Source of the DNA: an uncultured Acidimicrobiales bacterium
Lineage (GTDB): Bacteria; Actinomycetota; Acidimicrobiia; Acidimicrobiales; UBA10347
Length of the DNA: 64,000 nucleotides
NCBI GenBank assembly: GCA_937991435.1
Contig: CALKPY010000028.1
Span: 15,924-79,923 of the forward strand
Direction: 5' to 3'
Positions 1 through 8,790 of this stretch are shown here, in pieces; positions within the stretch are counted from its first letter, which is position 1; the number at the start of each line of letters is the position of its first letter. A model generated the notes under the pieces. It was not told the origin of the DNA and did no database searches. It was given only the letters and a program-made list of their open reading frames with translations. Made by a program: the position numbers and the translations under genes.

Positions 1-306
1 GAACCAGAATGGGCCTTGTTGCGCAAGCACGCCAGGTTGGTCAAGGGTCTCGATCAGTGCGTCTCGCGTGGCATTCCAACACTGCACTGGGTCACTCGAG
101 TCGGCAGGCGAAGTCGGCTTAGCCATCTGGCCGGTCGACGCCACCAGCTGTACGCCATTGAGTACCGAACACTGGTGCTCAACCACATCGTGGGCTGTCC
201 ATCCGTCGCAAGGACTCGGTTTAGACCACGCCGAAGCATCGACGCGTTGCACCACGGCGTCAAAGGCATACACAGCTTCGAGAAAAGTACGCAGGTTCTT
301 ACTCAT
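1..306 (-). CDS. DinB-fold / mycothiol-dependent maleylpyruvate-isomerase N-terminal-like protein (TIGR03086-type); N-terminal part only, gene runs off the left edge
   Basis: It is absent from the ORF track because it is open at the window edge. The reverse complement of 1..306 reads ATG(306) MSKNLRTFLEAVYAFDAVVQRVDASAWSKPSPCDGWTAHDVVEHQCSVLNG... with no stop. The W-x-x-PSPC-x-GW-x-x-x-DVV-x-H motif is typical of this actinobacterial family. Confidence 0.55.
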   Translation of the reverse strand, partial: MSKNLRTFLEAVYAFDAVVQRVDASAWSKPSPCDGWTAHDVVEHQCSVLNGVQLVASTGQMAKPTSPADSSDPVQCWNATRDALIETLDQPGVLAQQGPFWF

Positions 307-347
307 CGGGAACACCATTTCTGCAGAGTGACGATACGGGTCCGACC

Positions 348-1244
348 CTAACCGGCTCGATAGAACCCGACGCTGAAACGTTCAGGGCCGGGTGCTTCGC
401 TGACGATCCACATGCGGGTCATATCGCGTGAAAAGGTGACACCCTCGGGCTGTTCAAACCCATTTGGCGGCGCGCCGAGATCGCGCGTACCAAGCACCTG
501 TATCGCGGTGAAGTCATCGTCGACAAGAAGGTGGACCAGCCGTCGCGATTCGTCGCTCAACACAAACAAGCTTCCGTCGGGTGCGGCCCATAGGTCGGAA
601 GCGTCAGTGATTCCAATCTCCGGCGCGTCAAGCGCAACCGAACCGACCTCACCGTCTGCACCGAACAAATGAAGCCTTGGCGGCTTTTCAAATACCACCC
701 AGAAGTCCCGCAGAGACCCATCGTTGCCGTTCGTCGCCGCGGCTGCCACCCCTTCAAGACCACTTCCGTTGCTCTCACGCAGGCCCGTCGGAACGGTTTC
801 AAAAGTTGAAGCAGTCGTAATTGCGGTGTCATCGTCGGCGAGATCGAACACGATCACCGGACCGAAGTTCTCGGCCAGCACGGCGTAGGTGTTCCCTGCC
901 AGCCACGCGATGCCTTCGGTGTCTCCACCGCCGATTTCGATAGCGATTGAGCGCCGCGGTGGCGTGACGACCGTGCCATCGTCGAGAAGATCGAACTCAA
1001 ACACCACATCGGCATCAGACACGACGAGTAGGCGCTGCAGGTCCTCGTTTACGGTTACCCCTGAGAATTCATTCGACCCGGTACCGAGGTCCGTATCAAA
1101 TGTCGCGACCAGGCTAAGGGCCAGTGGTGTCGTTGCCGTTGCAGGCACGGGGCTCGTCTGCCCGCCGAGGCCTAAGCCCAAGACGGCAACTACACCAGCA
1201 ACTACAGAGGCTGCGAACTGCGCCACTGCTTGCAGATCGATCAT
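348..1244 (-). CDS. Secreted or membrane-anchored beta-propeller-like protein (SdiA-regulated/YjiK-like, tentative)
   Basis: ORF 348..1580 is trimmed to the internal ATG at 1244, which is preceded by GAGGAG (ttGAGGAGaattcaATG). MIDLQAVAQFAASVVAGVVAVLGLGLGG looks like a signal or anchor helix. Recurrent D/Q-x-EG(I/V) motifs (DTEGIAW, QPEGVTF) resemble SdiA-regulated-type propellers. Confidence 0.6.
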   Translation of the reverse strand: MIDLQAVAQFAASVVAGVVAVLGLGLGGQTSPVPATATTPLALSLVATFDTDLGTGSNEFSGVTVNEDLQRLLVVSDADVVFEFDLLDDGTVVTPPRRSIAIEIGGGDTEGIAWLAGNTYAVLAENFGPVIVFDLADDDTAITTASTFETVPTGLRESNGSGLEGVAAAATNGNDGSLRDFWVVFEKPPRLHLFGADGEVGSVALDAPEIGITDASDLWAAPDGSLFVLSDESRRLVHLLVDDDFTAIQVLGTRDLGAPPNGFEQPEGVTFSRDMTRMWIVSEAPGPERFSVGFYRAG

Positions 1245-1560
1245 TGAATTCTCCTCAACACACCAGGGCGCAATCAGCCGACGACCAAGGCAATCATGGC
1301 CTTGATTGGCGGTTGCTTTCGTGCACGCCCATAGGCAATTACCCCTGCCTGTTGTGCCGGGGCCAAGAAACAGCGACCATGGGGTAGTGACAAGAGGGCT
1401 CCGCGGCGACCAATCGCGCACCACCGGCAGCTCCGCGCCTACCCAAAAAGGTGCACACAGCGATAGCGGCTCTGCCATCAGCCCACTCAGAGCGGGCTCG
1501 GGGCCGCGGCGAATTCTCACTCGGTACATCAAGGAACGCAAAGGACTCTTTGGCGGCAAC

Positions 1561-4140
1561 TTGATAATTCGCCTCGTCAAAGATCTGCTTCCCTTTCAAG
1601 GACCAATCCTTGTTGGCGTCGCGGTCGACCTGCTGTCGGGAACCGACCGGTCGCTCTATGGCCTTGACCTGACGCCAAACGACACGCGCTCGATCGTGAT
1701 CATCGCCATCGGCATGGGTCTGCTGGCGATCGCCAAGGTTGTGATCGGGTACATGCACACCATCTCGTCGGCTCTTCTTGGCCGCCAAATGGTCGAGGCA
1801 GCTCGGCGGGATATGGCCGAAGCCACCATGCAAATGACGCTCGACGAGCGGCGGCGGTTCAACAGCGGCGACCTGCTCGATCGGTCGTTGGCTGACTCGA
1901 AGGGTCTGCGCAGCTTTGTGCAGAACGTCGTGATCCGGCTCGTCTCCAACACCTTGCGAGCGATCTATCCGGTGACGCTTATGTTCCTCATCGACCCGAT
2001 CATGGCATTGGTCGTTCTCGCTGTGATCCCCTTGCAGTCCGGGTTCAGTGGGCTACTCCAACGGCGACTGCACCGCCAAACCCGGGCAGCTCGCATGCGC
2101 GAAGCCGCTCATACGTCAGCAGTCAAGGAGTCAATCGACGGTTGGAACTCGGTCATATCAGTCGGCGGTCAAGACTGGGTCACCACTGAGCTCAAAGCCT
2201 CAGCCTCGGCTGCTGAAGACGCGAAGATCGAAAAGAAGCACACCACCGCCCAGATCAGCGCGGTCATCAACTTGTGCACCAGTTTCGGCATCGCTGCCTG
2301 TTACGCGATCGGCGGCTGGCGCATCATCAACTCGGGCATTATCGGCAACGACACGGCAACGATCTCTGGCGCACTCACACTCGGCACCTTGACGACCTTT
2401 ATTGGCGTAGCTAAGAAAACGTATGCGCCGTTCCAGGCCTACACCAAGATCGTCAGCTCCTACCGAACCGGAATCGTCAACCTGGAACGCATCAGCGAAG
2501 TCCTCGATGCCCCAATGCAGGACCCTCGACCGAACGGGCCCGTGCTGAATCTCACTGACGGGAACATCGATATTGACGACGTTTCGTTCCGCTATGACGC
2601 CGAGGCAACTCGAGTGTTGTCAGGGCTCACCGGAAGAATCCCCGGCCGGGCCTTGACCGTTATCAGCGGGCCAAGCGGTACGGGAAAGACCACACTGTTA
2701 CGCATGCTTATGGGTCTTGACGTACCCGAGAGTGGCACGATCAGCATCGATGGGCAAGACATCAACACGGCTCGTTTGTCGAGCGTGCGATCGACCATGG
2801 CGCTCGTGCCTCAGGAACCGATGTTGTTCACTGGCACGCTCGGTGAGAATCTGCTGTTCGGCAACCCTTCAGCCTCGACCGAAAAATTGCTCGACGCGTG
2901 CCACAAGGCTGGACTGCTCGAACTCGTTCGAGAACTCCCCAAAGGACTCGACACTGATGTAGGCAGCGGCCGCCACATGCTCTCGGGCGGACAGCTGCGT
3001 CGTATGGCGATCGCCCGAGCTCTCCTGCGCAACCCCGGTGTGTTGTTGCTCGACGAACCAACGACGGGCCTTGACCAGCTTCGCAGCGAACAGGTTCTTG
3101 ACACCCTTCGCTCCATCTCTGCCGAGACCACGGTGATCATGGTGAGTCACCGACGCGACCCCCTGGCTGCCTCGGATCATCACTTCATCCTCGCCGACGG
3201 AAGTTGGACTGCCGGTGCCGCGGGCCCCGCTACAGCCGTTAGGCACGGGGCCGAACCTTTGGCATCGACCATTGACGGTTCCGATCACAGCACCTACGCA
3301 CGGGTCACCGAACCACTATCTTCACCCGCGGCGTCGCACGCTGCGGTGGCGGCGAACGGTGCAGTCGGCGCTGTAGCGACAAATGGCGCAGGTCAGGTCG
3401 CTGCGCGAGCAGTAGCCGCCGCCAACGCGCCATCCGTACCGGCTCGAATTGGCACCCACGTCGGTCATCGTGTCATCGGGCTTTCGGCAATGGGCCGGGC
3501 AATAACGTTGAACTCCATCGACCGGGACAACACCACGACAAGCCTGGTGCTGGTGGGCGGACATCGTGCTGAAATCGATCATCTTCGGGACTTCGCTCCG
3601 CGGTTCCTTGCCGCGGTGGCTCCGATCGACAGCATTGCAGTAGGACTTGCGGCAATCGACAACCTGAATCCAGACGGCGCATGGACCGACGATGGGCGCA
3701 CTGTGCTCGGCATCGACCCATCCGCTGATCATCACCGACGGGCGGCCACCGAGACGTTGCTACTGCATCGCACGGTCGCCGAACACAGCGCTGCGCTCGT
3801 GATCGACGTCGGACATGACCCTCGCCCGAGCGACGGCTCGGCCGATGTGCGCGTCACGATTAGACATGGTTCAAACAGCGAGTCGGTCGCGTGGTTGGGC
3901 CAGCTCGCAAGCGATGTCGAACGTCGTCTTGCCGTTTCACGATTCAGCTTCGACGTCAAGCTCGAGGCCTGCGCAGCCGACAGTTTGACGGCCGCCCTGG
4001 GCGTACCCGTTATCGAACTGACGGCGATCAACGCACCAAGCGGTCACCAGGACGAACGGGTAACAACGGCCCTCGGCGAAGTCGGACTCGCGATCTACCG
4101 ATCGAGCGGTCTCAGCCAGCCGACGTTGGCAAGACCCTGA
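1561..4140 (+). CDS. ABC exporter (TMD-NBD half transporter) with an Ala-rich linker and a C-terminal M14/AstE-like domain
   Basis: This is ORF 1306..4140. Its first ~85 codons are low-complexity and lie in the divergent promoter region. The in-frame TTG at 1561 (LIIRLVKDLLPF...) is my preferred start, but it is uncertain. It has Walker A GPSGTGKTT, signature LSGGQLRR and Walker B LLLDEPT. A 309-aa tail follows (3211..4137). Confidence 0.85.
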   Translation: MIIRLVKDLLPFQGPILVGVAVDLLSGTDRSLYGLDLTPNDTRSIVIIAIGMGLLAIAKVVIGYMHTISSALLGRQMVEAARRDMAEATMQMTLDERRRFNSGDLLDRSLADSKGLRSFVQNVVIRLVSNTLRAIYPVTLMFLIDPIMALVVLAVIPLQSGFSGLLQRRLHRQTRAARMREAAHTSAVKESIDGWNSVISVGGQDWVTTELKASASAAEDAKIEKKHTTAQISAVINLCTSFGIAACYAIGGWRIINSGIIGNDTATISGALTLGTLTTFIGVAKKTYAPFQAYTKIVSSYRTGIVNLERISEVLDAPMQDPRPNGPVLNLTDGNIDIDDVSFRYDAEATRVLSGLTGRIPGRALTVISGPSGTGKTTLLRMLMGLDVPESGTISIDGQDINTARLSSVRSTMALVPQEPMLFTGTLGENLLFGNPSASTEKLLDACHKAGLLELVRELPKGLDTDVGSGRHMLSGGQLRRMAIARALLRNPGVLLLDEPTTGLDQLRSEQVLDTLRSISAETTVIMVSHRRDPLAASDHHFILADGSWTAGAAGPATAVRHGAEPLASTIDGSDHSTYARVTEPLSSPAASHAAVAANGAVGAVATNGAGQVAARAVAAANAPSVPARIGTHVGHRVIGLSAMGRAITLNSIDRDNTTTSLVLVGGHRAEIDHLRDFAPRFLAAVAPIDSIAVGLAAIDNLNPDGAWTDDGRTVLGIDPSADHHRRAATETLLLHRTVAEHSAALVIDVGHDPRPSDGSADVRVTIRHGSNSESVAWLGQLASDVERRLAVSRFSFDVKLEACAADSLTAALGVPVIELTAINAPSGHQDERVTTALGEVGLAIYRSSGLSQPTLARP

Positions 4141-4228
4141 CATCTTTGGTGCGCCGTATCGCCGCAGCGGGCCGACCCCGCAGGCGGCGCCCACGTCCAC
4201 GAGAGCTGGCCGCTTTCGACGCCAACCA

Positions 4229-7200
4229 TTGAAAACCAGCGGCGAACGCCGATGGGAACAGGTGTTGAGTAGCTCTCCGGCGCATGCCGATCGTCGCCTT
4301 TGGGCTGCTCTTGCCACTGCGTTCATGTGGCACGGCGGAATGTTGCTCGGCGGTAGCTACGAGCGCACGTATGACGCGTATATCCATATGTTCTTCGCAG
4401 ACCACTACGCACGCGATTGGTTTTCCACCTGGGAGACCCGTTGGTACACGGGCTTCACCATCACGAGCTATCCGCCCGGCACCCATCAGCTCATTGCGTT
4501 GCTATCAAAGATCTTCAGCCTCGAAACAGCGTTTGTTCTTGTTCAGCTAAGCGCAGTTCTGCTGCTCATAGTCGGTGTGTATCGGTTCAGCCGTATTTGG
4601 GTTGACCCGGTCTCGGCTGGCTGGGCGGCGCTACTCGCTTCGGTGTCGACGTCGCTGGCCGAGGTCGTGCACGTTTTCGGTCAGCTTCCGACCACGTTCT
4701 CATTGGCGATGCTGCTCAACACGTTGCCTTCGATCTTTGTGTGGGTTCGCGACGGTTCGCGTGGCGATCTCGTGCTCGCGTGCGCAGGACTTGCCGCAAC
4801 AACCGCGGCGCACCACGTGACGACACTCTTTGGCGCTGTGTTCTTCGTCGGCCCGGTGGTCGCCACCGCGCTACTCGACCAGTTTCGCTGCCCGCACCCC
4901 GACGAGAAGCCAGGACATTGCGCCCGCGTTGACAGGTATTCGCTATGGCCCGCAATCGCCCGCCGCAGCCGTCGCGTACTTCCGGGCCTGGTTCGTGCTG
5001 GCGTCATCGGTACAGCCGCGATAGCGATCTTGGTCATTGTTGTACTTCCGTACTGGTTGTGGTCAGCGAGCGACCCGATCGTGCAGATACCAATACCTCA
5101 CGCCACGCGAGACAGTTTCATCGAAAACGGAGCGGCGGGCATCGTGTTCTTCGTCGTGCCGTGGGGCCTCATGGTGCTGATGCTGCCGTTCGCGTTGATG
5201 CGGTCGGTGTTCACCCGTGCTCTTCCGCTCGCGGCGTCGGTGGCTTTGTTGTTCATCCTCGGCACCGGAGGCACCACGCCGATTCCGCGTTTGTTGTTGC
5301 GATCGGCCTTTGACATCTTGACCCTGGACCGATTCACGGTCTGGGCGACCATTGGCGTATTGCCGTTGGTCGGAGCGCTCGTGACAAGCATGACCGACGG
5401 TCGCCTCAACACGATTGCTACCTCGCTGCTCGGCCGACGAACATGGAAGGCTGTACTCCTTGGCGGAGCCTGCGGTCTGATGGTGGCCAGCGTGTTGGCT
5501 GCCAACTTTGCCCAGTTCCGTCCGCTCCAGCCCGATCGAATCGACCCCGAGCCCATCGCGGCATTTATGGACAAAGACCAGCATGACCGCTGGAGATACT
5601 TGACCTTGGGGTTCGGCGATCAGATGGCCCGAGTGGCCGCCGAGACCACGGCGACGACGGTCGACGGCAACTATCACTCCGCTCGACGATTGCCTGAACT
5701 GACAAGCCGCTCTGTCGAGCGGCTCGAGGGGGCCAAATTTCGTGGTGTCCCTGGCCTCGGTTCCCTTCAGCAATTCTTGGCTACCCCTGAGCGTTACAAC
5801 CTCAAGTTCGTTTTCTCTAACGACGTGTTCTATGACCCGCTGCTTTGGGCATCGGGGTGGCATCGACTCGATCGTTTACGCAACGGCATCGTTGTATGGG
5901 AACGTGAAGACATACCCCCGCTACCTGATTTGTTGCCGACCAAAGAGCTTCCGGACTGGCAGCGAGTCATGTGGGGCACCTTGCCGATGTCGGCGCTGGC
6001 TGCGGCTGCGCTGACTCAGCTGTGGAACTTCGTTGGTCGACCCAACCCGCAGTCAGCTCAATGGGCCGCTCGCCAGGTTCGTTCACTCGGCCCGACGCCC
6101 GTCGCCCGGATTCTGACGTGGATCGATCGACGACTCGCACGTGCTGCCCAACGCGCGTCTTCAGGGCACCCACGCCACCGCTGGTATCGAGACGTCACCG
6201 AGACCTATCTGCAGCGATTGGACAGACTTGCCGAGCGCCGTGCGCCGAGTCTCCGACTGCGTCTCGCGTGCTGTGCACTGATAGGCGCCCTCGGTTTCGG
6301 GCTATGGCAGATGACAAGCGCGGACCTCGGGGCGACCGATGCCGAAGCAACCGTCGAGTCCTGGTACGACGATCTTGATTTCCAACGGTTTAGCGACGCA
6401 TGGAACCGGCTCGACCCGCAGGCCCGACCACCGTTTGACCAGTTCAGCCTTGAGCGCTCGGTTGTTGACGGCCTTGTCGCCGGTTACAGCAAGCTCGATC
6501 GTGTCGACACGGCGCTGGTCTCATCGACTTCAGACCGAGCAACCGTGCGGGCCAGCCTCAGCTATGTCACGTCGCTCACTCGCTACGACACCGTCGTCGA
6601 CCATCAGCTACGTCGAGTTGACGGACAATGGTGGATTGTTCCGTTCCAAAGCGACGTGTCAACAACACCCGACCAGTTCTCGCGCTCGACCGAAGTGACC
6701 TATCTCAGTCAGGGACGCAGACAGGTGACAGCTGATCAAACCGGTTTCGGCGATGTCTTAGACCGCCCTCGGATCGAGACGCTGAGTGCGCAGGCCGTGT
6801 ACCGAGACGGCCGATTCGCCGTCGTCGGCGAAATTACCAATCTCGATGTCGACCCGGCCGACATTACGGTGACCGCTCGCTTTCTTGGCGAAGACGGGGA
6901 GACGCTCGTCGAACACAATGCAGCGCTCGTCACCGCTAGCAAAGTTCTACCCAGAGAAACCGTTCCGTTTCGAATCGATATCGAAGCGATCGCTGGAGCA
7001 GCCGATGCCAAAGACGAAGCCGCTGGCGAGTTTCAGCCAGATCTGTTTGCCACACCTGACCTGGGTCCACGCGACATCGCCAACATCGAACTCATCACCA
7101 AAGCGGTGGTCACAGGCCGAGATCTTCAACGGGACCTTCAGCCACAGCACCTGCGGGTCGTCGTCGACGACACGGTTACGTTGCTCGGCGAGCTTCGCAA

Positions 7201-7513
7201 TGATGGCGTCGAGACTGCAACCGTTCCGCAGGTGCTCATCACCTTGATCGATGAAGAGGGCAACGTAGGTTGGGTTGACTCTGTATGGATCGACCAGGCG
7301 ATTCGCCCGCAGCGAATCGGTTCATTCAGCGTCGAGCTGACCAAACCCGATGTGCTCACCGCTCTCGATGTCCCGCTGATTGTGTACGGCAACGGCATCA
7401 CCCGGTCGGAGGGAAACCCGTTCAGTAGCGACGCCGTTATCGAGTTACCTCCCGAAAGTGGCTGGGCCTCGGCCCGCATCACGGTTCAGTCGTTCTATCG
7501 AGCATCGTCATGA
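4229..7513 (+). CDS. Large polytopic membrane protein, GT-C-fold-like (PTPS-related/PMT-like, tentative), with a C-terminal extracytoplasmic NTF2-like domain plus two beta-sandwich repeats
   Basis: The ORF is 1094 aa, starting at TTG 4229 (alternative GTG 4262). The first ~560 aa contain many hydrophobic helices, with a loop YDAYIHMFFADHY...WETRWYTGFTITSYPPG after the first helix. The soluble tail has an NTF2-like part ending ...RRVDGQWWIVPF and two repeats (DGRFAVVGEITNLD..., VTLLGELRNDG...). Confidence 0.75.
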   Translation: MKTSGERRWEQVLSSSPAHADRRLWAALATAFMWHGGMLLGGSYERTYDAYIHMFFADHYARDWFSTWETRWYTGFTITSYPPGTHQLIALLSKIFSLETAFVLVQLSAVLLLIVGVYRFSRIWVDPVSAGWAALLASVSTSLAEVVHVFGQLPTTFSLAMLLNTLPSIFVWVRDGSRGDLVLACAGLAATTAAHHVTTLFGAVFFVGPVVATALLDQFRCPHPDEKPGHCARVDRYSLWPAIARRSRRVLPGLVRAGVIGTAAIAILVIVVLPYWLWSASDPIVQIPIPHATRDSFIENGAAGIVFFVVPWGLMVLMLPFALMRSVFTRALPLAASVALLFILGTGGTTPIPRLLLRSAFDILTLDRFTVWATIGVLPLVGALVTSMTDGRLNTIATSLLGRRTWKAVLLGGACGLMVASVLAANFAQFRPLQPDRIDPEPIAAFMDKDQHDRWRYLTLGFGDQMARVAAETTATTVDGNYHSARRLPELTSRSVERLEGAKFRGVPGLGSLQQFLATPERYNLKFVFSNDVFYDPLLWASGWHRLDRLRNGIVVWEREDIPPLPDLLPTKELPDWQRVMWGTLPMSALAAAALTQLWNFVGRPNPQSAQWAARQVRSLGPTPVARILTWIDRRLARAAQRASSGHPRHRWYRDVTETYLQRLDRLAERRAPSLRLRLACCALIGALGFGLWQMTSADLGATDAEATVESWYDDLDFQRFSDAWNRLDPQARPPFDQFSLERSVVDGLVAGYSKLDRVDTALVSSTSDRATVRASLSYVTSLTRYDTVVDHQLRRVDGQWWIVPFQSDVSTTPDQFSRSTEVTYLSQGRRQVTADQTGFGDVLDRPRIETLSAQAVYRDGRFAVVGEITNLDVDPADITVTARFLGEDGETLVEHNAALVTASKVLPRETVPFRIDIEAIAGAADAKDEAAGEFQPDLFATPDLGPRDIANIELITKAVVTGRDLQRDLQPQHLRVVVDDTVTLLGELRNDGVETATVPQVLITLIDEEGNVGWVDSVWIDQAIRPQRIGSFSVELTKPDVLTALDVPLIVYGNGITRSEGNPFSSDAVIELPPESGWASARITVQSFYRASS

Positions 7514-8790
7514 GCGCACCTACGCCACAAAATCGGCGACGCGGACCGTCTGTCTCATCGCTCGCGTTGGCGGCGCTCGTGGCGGCCGCACTGTTGGGAT
7601 TGTTGAGCGCAGTACTCGTCACTGGTGGCCCTCGAGGGGCGACCCCAGTTCTCAAAGGGCAGTTGGGTACGCGGCTGACCATCAACGCCCCGATCGAGAG
7701 CCGGGCAGGCCAAATTGTCACGCTGCAAATTGCCGGTGCACCGATCGCCAGTGACCAGGTGCAACTTGTGCAATTCGGTTCGCTGTCGACGACAACCAGC
7801 GTGCACAAACTCGACGCAGGGTCCGCGAGCATCACCATCGACGCCTCGCACACGACTCATGCAGGCCTGATTCATTGGGTCGCTGTTGCAGGTTCCGCCA
7901 GCGGTAACGCGTCGACAATGATCACTCCGGGCAATGCCGTCGACCCGGTGACTCCTTTGGTCGGCCCGAGAACAGTCATAGCCGACGGCGATGACTTCAC
8001 CATGGTTGTTGCATCACCAACCGACGAATTCGGAAATCCCGTTGCCGATGACACCCGGCTCATGACAACGGTCGAACGGCCAGATGGCACGAGAACACGA
8101 GATGACATTTCGGTGAATGCTGGGATCGCCGCTCAAGTCATCGCCTCACAAACACGCGCTGGGCGCGTCACGGTGTCGGTCACCGCCGGCGACGCGATCG
8201 GCCCCACAACCAGCTTTGACCAGGTGGCCGGCGTACCGGCCGCGTTCAGACTCTCCGCTGACGACACACCCAAAACTGCCGACGGATTTACTCTGCACAC
8301 GCTCGAGACTGGAACGCTCCTCGATCAGTACGACAACCTGCTGCCCGACGGCATCAATGTCGTTTTTGGCATCGAGGGTCCACAAGGACGAACGCAAATC
8401 GACTCGACGGTGCAATCGGGAACTGCGAGAGCCAACTTCGAGGCGCCCGGACTGCCAGGCGTAGTCGAAATCACGGCGCGAGTGAGCGGGCGCACAGGCG
8501 AGCCGCTGCGAATCGACTTCGATCCGGCGGTTTCAGAAGTGTCGGCCGCGGCCATCGTCGATGGAAGCGACGTGAAGCTTTCGATTGGGCCCGTACGCCT
8601 CATCGCAGGCGGTTACGTACCAGATGGAACCGACGCAATCGTGGTCGATGCCGACGGAGCGGTCGTGGCTAAGACTGGGCTCTTTCGCGGCGAGTCGACG
8701 ATGACGGTTCCTGGCGAAGTAGGCGACTCGTTCGAGATCTACGTGTTGGGGAAGCTCGTTCGTGTTGTTGTCGCGGCTGGCGACTCATGA
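7510..8790 (+). CDS. N-terminally anchored protein with invasin/intimin-type Ig-like (Big_1-like) domains
   Basis: The start overlaps the upstream stop as ATGA. The TM anchor is LALAALVAAALLGLLSAVLV. Repeated patterns ADGDDFTMVVASPTDEFGNPVADD and ADGFTLHTLETGTLLDQYDNLLPDG are typical of Big_1 repeats. Confidence 0.7.
   Translation: MSAPTPQNRRRGPSVSSLALAALVAAALLGLLSAVLVTGGPRGATPVLKGQLGTRLTINAPIESRAGQIVTLQIAGAPIASDQVQLVQFGSLSTTTSVHKLDAGSASITIDASHTTHAGLIHWVAVAGSASGNASTMITPGNAVDPVTPLVGPRTVIADGDDFTMVVASPTDEFGNPVADDTRLMTTVERPDGTRTRDDISVNAGIAAQVIASQTRAGRVTVSVTAGDAIGPTTSFDQVAGVPAAFRLSADDTPKTADGFTLHTLETGTLLDQYDNLLPDGINVVFGIEGPQGRTQIDSTVQSGTARANFEAPGLPGVVEITARVSGRTGEPLRIDFDPAVSEVSAAAIVDGSDVKLSIGPVRLIAGGYVPDGTDAIVVDADGAVVAKTGLFRGESTMTVPGEVGDSFEIYVLGKLVRVVVAAGDS

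Noticed and set aside
1306-1560. Upstream 85 codons of the ABC exporter ORF
   Set aside because: The composition is non-protein-like and precedes any exporter homology. It lies in the divergent promoter region. I trimmed the gene to TTG 1561, but the true start remains uncertain.
5063-5863. 266-aa and 158-aa minus-strand ORFs inside the GT-C-like gene
   Set aside because: They are antisense to a long hydrophobic ORF with coherent TM periodicity. The translated products are Arg/His/Gln-rich and low-complexity. This is a high-GC artefact.
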